32,000 bases of DNA, taken from the NCBI RefSeq assembly GCF_000189295.2, contig NC_016803.1, positions 90,001 through 122,000 of the forward strand, written 5' to 3'. Position 1 is the first letter of the stretch. Each line of letters starts with the position of its first letter. This document shows, one piece after another, positions 26,479-32,000 of the stretch. The DNA is from Pseudodesulfovibrio mercurii (lineage in GTDB: Bacteria > Desulfobacterota > Desulfovibrionia > Desulfovibrionales > Desulfovibrionaceae). Made by a program: the position numbers and the translations under genes. A model generated the notes under the pieces. The model had not been told where the DNA came from, ran no database searches, and was given only the letters and a program-made list of their open reading frames with translations.

Positions 26479-27300
26479 CTAGTCGGTCGGCCGCCAGAGG
26501 AAGGTGCTCGCGCCCTTGCCGATGATGGTCAGGCGGAAGTGTTCGTCGCAGGGTCGTCCCGCCGCGCCGCAGCAGACGTGCAGGGGCAGGAGGTGCTCCT
26601 CGCGCGGGTGGCAGTAGCGGGCGTGGGGCGCGGATTCCCAGTGGACGAGCCGTTGCCCGCGTTCGTCCGGGGTCAGGGCCGGGTCGGCGCAGGTCTCGAT
26701 GAGCCACCGCTGGAACGCGTCGTTGGCGTCGGCGGTCTCGGCCGTGTCCGGGGTGAAGAAGGCGCGCATGTTGTGGAAGGAGAATCCCGAGCCGAGGATG
26801 AGCAGATTGTCCCGGTCGAGGTCGGCCAGGGCCCGGCCCAGGGCCAGGTGCGCCGCCGGGTCGAGTCCCTTGAGCAGGGAGAGCTGCACGCAGGGGATGT
26901 CCGCCTCGGGGTACATGATCTTGAGCGGCACGAACAGGCCGTGGTCGTAGCCGCGCTCCGGCTCTTGGCCGCAGGGCAGGCCGCGGGCGGCCAGGGCGTC
27001 GCGGACCGCTTGGGACAGCGCGTCGTCGCCCGGGGCGGGGTAGGCGATCTCGTAGGACTCCGGGGGGAAGCCGTAGTAGTCGTAGTAGAGGGGCGGACGG
27101 TCGCCCATGGTCACGGTGGGGGCGGATTCCTCCCAGTGGGCGCTGATCACCAGGATGGCGGACGGCCGGGGGATGCGCGCGGTCAGGACCTTGAGGTTGG
27201 CGACCATCTCGGCGTGGCCCTCGTCGCCGAGCAGGGGCAGGGGGCCCGCGCCGTGGGAGATGTAGATGACGGCGTGGCGGCCGGGCTTGGGTTCTTGCAT
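26479..27300 (-). CDS. 4,5-DOPA dioxygenase extradiol-like protein (YgiD / class III extradiol dioxygenase family)
   Basis: HAVIYISHGAGPLPLL, ILVISAHWE, YDYYGFP, YDHGLFVPL and LILGSGFSFHN are hallmarks of the LigB/YgiD family. AAGGAA RBS. Confidence 0.85.
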   Translation of the reverse strand: MQEPKPGRHAVIYISHGAGPLPLLGDEGHAEMVANLKVLTARIPRPSAILVISAHWEESAPTVTMGDRPPLYYDYYGFPPESYEIAYPAPGDDALSQAVRDALAARGLPCGQEPERGYDHGLFVPLKIMYPEADIPCVQLSLLKGLDPAAHLALGRALADLDRDNLLILGSGFSFHNMRAFFTPDTAETADANDAFQRWLIETCADPALTPDERGQRLVHWESAPHARYCHPREEHLLPLHVCCGAAGRPCDEHFRLTIIGKGASTFLWRPTD

Positions 27301-27309
27301 GATCTTTCC

Positions 27310-28398
27310 TTATTCCTTGGGCGGCCGGGCCGCCTGTTGGGCCAGGGTCAGGGCCAGGTCGCGCAGGGCGCGGCCCTGTTCCAGGCCGTCGATGAATCGT
27401 TCGGGGATGCCGGACAGCCCCACCTGGGCCCCGACCAGGGCCCCGGTCAGGATGGCCCGGACCTGGTTCTGGCCGCCGCCGTTGACGGCGTGCAGCACGG
27501 CGGATTCGAAGTCGTCGCAAAAACGGGCCGCCAGGTAGTAGGCCGCCGGGAGCATGTGGTAGATGGCGCAGGGCATGCCGTAGACCAGGGAGACCTTCCA
27601 GGCCGGTTCGATGCGGATGTCCGGGTCGGCCGCGGCCCTGGCCATGTAGCTCGGCGAGAGCAGGGCGTCGGGCGAGGCGAAGCGGCCCGCGCGCGGCGGG
27701 TCCGGGTCGCCGGGCCGGGGCGGCTTGAGCCCGTCGCGGGTCACGGCGTGGAAGGGCAGGACGCCCTTCTTGACCAGGTGCATGAGCTTGTCTGACAGGC
27801 GCGCGTCGAGTGTTTCGCCCCGGACGAGCTGGGCGAGGACAGCACCGTAGGCCACGGTCAGGGAGAGGACCAGATCGTCGGACTGGGTCAGGGCCGCGTT
27901 GCGGGCCACGGCTTCGGCCAGGCTCCCCGGATCAAGGGCGTAGCGCACGGCGATGGCCAGGGTCCGCTCGATGGCCTCGGTGGTATCGGCGTGCCCGGCG
28001 GTCTCGCCCCAGGGGCGGCCCTGCTCCACCCGCCTGCGCCAGGCCTCGCGGATGGACTGGCTGGTGTAGCCGCCCGGCCCGTTGGCCGGTTCCCCGTTGA
28101 GCAGGGGGAAGAGCTCCTCGTCCATGCGGCGGCAGAAGTCCGCCTGGTCGTAGCCGCCATTTTCGACCAGGGAGCGGGCCGTCAGTTCGAGAATGAACCC
28201 CGACTGGGACAGCTGGCCCGCCTTCATGCCGTCGTGGTAGCGGCCCGGCATGGGGTCGGTGTAGCCGTCGATCCACGGGCCGTAGTCGCGGCGCAGTTCG
28301 TCCAGGTCGTAGTACCAGTGTGGCCCCAGTCCCAGGCCGTCGCCGATCCAGGCGCCCATCAGCGCGCCCGCCGCGCGGTCCCGCAGGGTCTCGTCCAT
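27310..28398 (-). CDS. ADP-ribosylglycohydrolase-family protein (DraG/ARH-like)
   Basis: RDRAAGALMGAWIGDGLGLGPHWYY plus a C-terminal GGQNQVRAILTGALVGAQVG (metal-binding D/T motifs of PF03747). Start taken as the ATG at 28398 (GGAG 8 nt upstream); 28404 is possible. Stops 9 nt before the dioxygenase gene. Confidence 0.8.
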   Translation of the reverse strand: MDETLRDRAAGALMGAWIGDGLGLGPHWYYDLDELRRDYGPWIDGYTDPMPGRYHDGMKAGQLSQSGFILELTARSLVENGGYDQADFCRRMDEELFPLLNGEPANGPGGYTSQSIREAWRRRVEQGRPWGETAGHADTTEAIERTLAIAVRYALDPGSLAEAVARNAALTQSDDLVLSLTVAYGAVLAQLVRGETLDARLSDKLMHLVKKGVLPFHAVTRDGLKPPRPGDPDPPRAGRFASPDALLSPSYMARAAADPDIRIEPAWKVSLVYGMPCAIYHMLPAAYYLAARFCDDFESAVLHAVNGGGQNQVRAILTGALVGAQVGLSGIPERFIDGLEQGRALRDLALTLAQQAARPPKE

Positions 28399-28518
28399 GT
28401 GCATCGCTCCGGTGTTCCGGTGGGGGAAGGGCGGTCGCACCTTCCCGTATGGCCATGCTACGGCGGATGGGCGGAGAGGGAAAGTTTTTTCCCGGAGCGG
28501 GGGGCGGGGCGAACGAAG

Positions 28519-28553
28519 AGCCCCGCCGTCCCTGTGCAGGGGAGGGCGGGGCT
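28519..28553. terminator. GC-rich hairpin between the small repeat-protein gene and the ARH gene
   Basis: AGCCCCGCC...GGCGGGGCT arms with an inner TCCCT/AGGGGA pairing. TTTGTT follows on the plus strand; the T-tract on the minus strand is poor. Confidence 0.35.
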
Positions 28554-28581
28554 TTGTTGCCGAGGCGTTATCTCCGGACCG

Positions 28582-28866
28582 TCAGATGATGGTGTCGAGG
28601 ACCGCGCCCTTGGCGTAGGGGCCGAGGACGTCGGTCTGGAAGTTGTAGCTCTGGGCCAGGCCGGCCTTGTCCGCCGTCGAGGTCCCGGGGTTCATGTAGT
28701 CCAGGGTTTTGGAAACGAGCGACGCCTCGGCGGAGACCTTGTCCACCGGGGCGAGGCTCGGGCCTCTGTCGTTCATGTAGTCCAGGGTCTCGGAAACCAC
28801 GGATGCGCCGAATGTCTGCTGATCGAACGGCGCGTAGCTTCCGAGGCCGCCGATTGCCATACTCAT
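28582..28866 (-). CDS. Small (94 aa) hypothetical protein with an internal 27-aa tandem duplication; faint resemblance to YjfB-type 'putative motility' proteins
   Basis: AGGAGG lies 6 nt upstream of the ATG at 28866. The sequence MSMAIGGLGSY...ASVVSETLDYMNDRG...ASLVSKTLDYMNPGT contains the duplicated unit. No signal peptide or TM segment. Confidence 0.6.
   Translation of the reverse strand: MSMAIGGLGSYAPFDQQTFGASVVSETLDYMNDRGPSLAPVDKVSAEASLVSKTLDYMNPGTSTADKAGLAQSYNFQTDVLGPYAKGAVLDTII
28690..28788. repeat. 18-nt perfect direct repeat GTTCATGTAGTCCAGGGT (28690-28707 and 28771-28788), period 81 nt, inside the small CDS
   Basis: Read directly. The repeat extends to 27 nt with 2 mismatches (..NTNGGAAAC). 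It encodes the duplicated (V)S.TLDYMN motif. Confidence 0.9.
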
Positions 28867-29003
28867 AAGCACCCTCCTGTCTTCAGGACGGAAATAACGC
28901 CTATCCGCCCTATCGGCGATTTCCCGTAGATCTTTAGGCTTGGAGCGAAAAAATATTGCCCAATGAATACAACTGCGTGTAAGAGGGGGTAAGGGAGGGT
29001 CCC

Positions 29004-29192
29004 ATGAACATCGACATTCCGTGGCTGATCGCGGCCGCCGTCATCAGCGGCCTGGTGGGCGTGGTCCTGCACCGATGGCAACGCCCGGTGCTGCCGAGGC
29101 TGTATGTCTGGATCACCATCCTCGGGACCCTGTTCGCCTCGTACTACATCCTGAACGTGTTCTTCGGCACCGGCCGCACGGGCTGGCCCTGA
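29004..29192 (+). CDS. Small hydrophobic protein (62 aa, two predicted TM helices)
   Basis: GGGAGG lies 5 nt before the ATG. The sequence is MNIDIPWLIAAAVISGLVGVVLHRWQRPVLPRLYVWITILGTLFASYYILNVFF. Confidence 0.55.
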   Translation: MNIDIPWLIAAAVISGLVGVVLHRWQRPVLPRLYVWITILGTLFASYYILNVFFGTGRTGWP

Positions 29193-29212
29193 GCCGGCCG
29201 GGGGAGGGAACC

Positions 29213-29308
29213 ATGGGCAAGACACTGATGCTCATCGCGGCCGTGGCCGCCGGAGCGGGCGTGGGATTTCTGATCTACAGGAAGTTCCGGTCGCGCTGCC
29301 TGCCGTGA
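29213..29308 (+). CDS. Mini membrane protein (31 aa, one TM helix)
   Basis: GGAGGG lies 5 nt before the ATG at 29213. The sequence MGKTLMLIAAVAAGAGVGFLIYRKFRSRCLP has a hydrophobic helix followed by a basic tail. Confidence 0.4.
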   Translation: MGKTLMLIAAVAAGAGVGFLIYRKFRSRCLP

Positions 29309-29384
29309 ATGCTGCTGTACGCAGCCATCGGCGCGGGCGCGGCCGTATTCTACCTGTTGCAGTATCTGTTCACCTAGGCCTCGG

Positions 29385-30191
29385 CTAGGACCGTTCCCAG
29401 TTCTTGACCTCGTTCCACAGGGTGTTCATCTCGTCCAGGCCGAGGTCGGTCAGGGTCTGGCCGCGCATCTCGGCCAGCTCCTCCATGCGGGCGAACCGGG
29501 ACAGGAACTTCTGGTTGGCGAAGTCCAGGGCCGCGTTGGCCTTGATGCCCTTGCGCCGTCCCAGCTCCACCAGGGTGAAGAGGTAGTCGCCGAACTCGCG
29601 CTCCGAGTTCCCGGCGTGGCCCTGGGCCAGGGCCTCCTGCCACTCGTCCCATTCCTCCCGCAGCTGCACCTCCACCTCACGATCCGACGGCCAGGTGAAC
29701 CCGTTGCGCGCGGCCTTGGAGTGGATGCGGTAGGCCTTGAGCAGGGGCGGCAGCCCCGAGGGCAGGGAGTCGTAGACCCGTTTGCGGTCCGTGCCCTTGT
29801 TCTCCTCGCGCTTGGTCTTCTCCCAATTGTCCCACAGCTCGGTGATGTTGTCGAAATGCTTGTCCCCGAAGACGTGGGGGTGGCGGCGGATCATCTTGGC
29901 CGCGCTGTAGTTCAGGGAGTCGGCCAGGGTATGCGACCCCTCGCGTTCGTACAGGGTGGCCATGAACAGGAGGATGAACATGACGTCGCCCAGCTCCTCC
30001 ATGGCCTCGTGGGGCTTGCCCGAGCGGATGCCCTCGATCAGTTCGAAGGTCTCCTCGGCCAGGTAGTCGCACAGGGTCAGGGGGGTCTGTTCCTTGTCCC
30101 AGGGGCAGCCGTCGGGCGCGATCAGGGCGTCGATGACCCCGAGCAGTTCGCGCAGGGCCTGGGCAGGGGCGTCGTGTTTCGTTTCGCTCAT
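29385..30191 (-). CDS. mazG: Nucleoside triphosphate pyrophosphohydrolase MazG (tandem MazG domains)
   Basis: The start MSETKHD has an AAGGAG RBS. Motifs: CPWDKEQT, EETFELIE, EELGDVMF, RRHPHVF, and a second EEWDEWQEA...EFGDYLF domain. Confidence 0.9.
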   Translation of the reverse strand: MSETKHDAPAQALRELLGVIDALIAPDGCPWDKEQTPLTLCDYLAEETFELIEGIRSGKPHEAMEELGDVMFILLFMATLYEREGSHTLADSLNYSAAKMIRRHPHVFGDKHFDNITELWDNWEKTKREENKGTDRKRVYDSLPSGLPPLLKAYRIHSKAARNGFTWPSDREVEVQLREEWDEWQEALAQGHAGNSEREFGDYLFTLVELGRRKGIKANAALDFANQKFLSRFARMEELAEMRGQTLTDLGLDEMNTLWNEVKNWERS

Positions 30192-30238
30192 GGCGAATCT
30201 CCTTGAAGAGGCGGAAAGCGGGTTGATTGAAGTGGGGG

Positions 30239-30760
30239 CTACTCGGCCTTGTCGCCGCCCGGTATGCCCAGCGCGCTCTTGGCCGAGTCCAGGGCCTCGG
30301 GCAGATCGACGTATTCGCCCAGCTTGCCGACCAGGTGCTGGGCCTTGGGCGCGATGTACGATTCGGTCAGGATGTCGGAGCGGGGCGCGAAGGTCTGCAG
30401 GAACATGAGCCCGACCAGGCAGATGAGCACGCCCTCGAGCAGGCCGAAGATTCCGCCGAGGGTGCGGTCGATCCAGCCGAGCAGGGATATCTCCAGCACG
30501 CTGCGGATCAGTTTGGTCAGCAGCCAGACCAGCACCAGGGTGCCGATGAAGATGAGCGAGTAGGACAGCGCGCTGACCGTGATGTCGCTCTCGATGTACA
30601 GCTTGAGGTGCGGGGCCAGGACGTCGTCGAACCGGGAGGCCAGGAATATGGCCAGGACCACGGCGATGAGCGACAGGACCTCTTGCACCAGGCCGCGGAA
30701 GAAACCGCGCAGGAGGAAGAGGGCGACGATGCAGATGAGAACGATATCCAGAAAATTCAT
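30239..30760 (-). CDS. cvpA: CvpA-family (colicin V production) inner-membrane protein
   Basis: MNFLDIVLICIVALFLLRGFFRGLVQEVLSLIAVVLAIFLA is the typical CvpA N-terminus. 4 TM segments. Upstream of, and probably co-transcribed with, mazG. Confidence 0.85.
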   Translation of the reverse strand: MNFLDIVLICIVALFLLRGFFRGLVQEVLSLIAVVLAIFLASRFDDVLAPHLKLYIESDITVSALSYSLIFIGTLVLVWLLTKLIRSVLEISLLGWIDRTLGGIFGLLEGVLICLVGLMFLQTFAPRSDILTESYIAPKAQHLVGKLGEYVDLPEALDSAKSALGIPGGDKAE

Positions 30761-30949
30761 GTAAATGCACCCATGGTCGGCTGAAGTGAACTTCCTCACA
30801 GAGCCCTAGCAAACTGCGACCGAAATGTGAACCGCATTCAGGGTATAATTTTGTAATGGGCCGAGGCCGGAAAAGTGGATCGGGGTTGTGTCCCTTGCTG
30901 AACTCGGCTACAGGAATTCCAGTCGCCCACCTTTTGCAAGGAGTCGTGC

Positions 30950-31519
30950 ATGCAGGTTCACGAGACGGAGTTTCCCGGGCTCCTCGTCCTGGTCCCCCAG
31001 GTCTTCCAGGACGAGCGGGGCTTTTTTCTGGAAAGCTACAATGCCAATCATTTCCGGGAACTCGGCATAACCTGCACGTTCATCCAGGACAATCACGCCT
31101 ATTCCAGGGACGTGGGCGTGCTGCGCGGCTTCCACTTCCAGAGGCCGCCCCAGGCCCAGGCCAAGCTCGTCTGGGTGACGCGCGGCGCGGTCCTGGACGT
31201 GGTCGTGGACCTGCGCATCGGGTCGCCCACCTACGGCCGGTGGCAGCACGTCATCCTGAGCGCCGCCAACTTCAAGCGCATGTTCATCCCCAGGGGATTC
31301 GGCCACGCCTACGTGACCATCATGCCGGACACCGAGTTCCAGTACAAGGTGGACGCGCCCTATGCGCCCGCCCTGGAGGGCGGCCTGGCCTGGGACGACC
31401 CGGACATCGGCATGGACTGGGACGCGGCCCTGCATGGGCAAGAGCCCATTCTCTCCGAAAAGGACCGGCGGCTGTCCGGACTGGCCGGGTTCGAATCACC
31501 TTTCACCTTCGAGGGTTGA
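30950..31519 (+). CDS. rfbC: dTDP-4-dehydrorhamnose 3,5-epimerase
   Basis: AAGGAG RBS. RmlC cupin motifs: FQDERGFFLESY, LRGFHFQ, KLVWVTRGAVLDVVVDLR, FIPRGFGHAY. Confidence 0.9.
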   Translation: MQVHETEFPGLLVLVPQVFQDERGFFLESYNANHFRELGITCTFIQDNHAYSRDVGVLRGFHFQRPPQAQAKLVWVTRGAVLDVVVDLRIGSPTYGRWQHVILSAANFKRMFIPRGFGHAYVTIMPDTEFQYKVDAPYAPALEGGLAWDDPDIGMDWDAALHGQEPILSEKDRRLSGLAGFESPFTFEG

Positions 31520-31523
31520 GCGC

Positions 31524-32000
31524 ATGACCCGGACCGAACCGGTCGCCACGCGGTTTGCCGAGGACTGCCACGCCATCATCCTGGCGGGCGGGTCCGGCAC
31601 GAGGCTGTGGCCGCTCTCCCGGACCCTGCTGCCCAAGCAGCTCCTGGTCCTGGGCGGCGCGTCCACCCTGTTGCAGCAGACCGTGGCCCGCGTGCTCGAA
31701 ATCTTTCCGCCCGACCACGTCTGGGTGGTGACCAACGAGGAGCACGTCTTCGAGGTGCGCAAGCAGGTGGCGGTCCTGGACCCGGCCCTGAAGGGGCAGA
31801 TCCTGGCCGAACCCTTGAGCCGCAACACCCTTCCGGCCATCATGCTCGGCCTGGACAAGGTGGTAGAGGCCGACCCCAAGGCCCTGGCCGCGGTCTTTCC
31901 GTCCGACCACCTCATCCGCAACGGCGCGGCCTGGGCCGCGGACCTGGTGCGCGCCTCGGAACTGGCCGCGCAAAAACGGTTCGTGACCTTCGGCGTGCGG
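31524..32000 (+). CDS. manC: Mannose-1-phosphate guanylyltransferase (ManC/CpsB family), N-terminal part; runs off the window end
   Basis: Own translation from the ATG at 31524: MTRTEPVATRFAEDCHAIILAGGSGTRLWPLSRTLLPKQLL...EPLSRNTLPAI. The GGSGTRLWPLSR nucleotidyltransferase motif is present. Absent from the ORF track because there is no stop within the window. Confidence 0.85.
   Translation, partial: MTRTEPVATRFAEDCHAIILAGGSGTRLWPLSRTLLPKQLLVLGGASTLLQQTVARVLEIFPPDHVWVVTNEEHVFEVRKQVAVLDPALKGQILAEPLSRNTLPAIMLGLDKVVEADPKALAAVFPSDHLIRNGAAWAADLVRASELAAQKRFVTFGVR

Noticed and set aside
30844-30849. Perfect TATAAT hexamer ~100 nt upstream of rfbC as a promoter -10 element
   Set aside because: No acceptable -35 (TTGACA-like) hexamer lies at 16-18 bp spacing, and there is no extended -10 TG. 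It is plausible but unsupported.
1-32000. Scan for CRISPR arrays, IS elements, integrases, phage genes, toxin-antitoxin or defence-system hallmarks
   Set aside because: No spaced direct-repeat array, terminal inverted repeats, transposase or integrase motifs were seen. There is also no tRNA-flanked island structure: the tRNA-Ser is followed by ordinary housekeeping-type genes of similar composition.

Overview
High-GC bacterial chromosomal segment. Its gene content (2x[4Fe-4S] ferredoxin, sigma-54 enhancer-binding regulator, Tat-exported Mo enzymes, radical SAM) suggests an anaerobic, Desulfovibrionaceae-like deltaproteobacterium; the taxonomy is inference only. Left to right: a partial Fur-family regulator (-), tRNA-Ser(UGA) (+), a small ferredoxin (-), and a macA-macB-NodT tripartite efflux operon (+). 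Next is a minus-strand NitT/TauT-type ABC operon: Tat-signal SBP, permease, and an ATPase fused in frame to a signal-less Peripla_BP_2-like domain. It is followed by a Tat-exported SUOX-fold molybdoprotein. Then come a PAS hybrid histidine kinase and an NtrC-type sigma-54 activator (-), and a 374-bp AT-rich divergent control region with a near-consensus sigma-54 promoter. The most interesting part is the tightly packed ~12-kb, nine-gene plus-strand cluster that follows (14301-26235). It encodes a glutamine-synthetase-like ligase, a C45/AAT Ntn-hydrolase, an ABC importer with two different, complementarily degenerate ATPases, a radical SAM/SPASM-like enzyme, and a cytoplasmic Mo-bisPGD oxidoreductase fused to a class-I glutamine-amidotransferase domain. 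I read this cluster as a candidate undescribed, O2-independent gamma-glutamylation-type amine/amide catabolic module. Downstream: an ADP-ribosylglycohydrolase plus 4,5-DOPA-dioxygenase-like pair (-), a small internally duplicated protein (-), tandem mini membrane ORFs (+), cvpA-mazG (-), rfbC (+) and a partial mannose-1-phosphate guanylyltransferase (+). I saw no rRNA, CRISPR array, transposase or integrase. The many long ORFs in the six-frame track that lie antisense or out of frame to these genes are GC-driven shadow ORFs.
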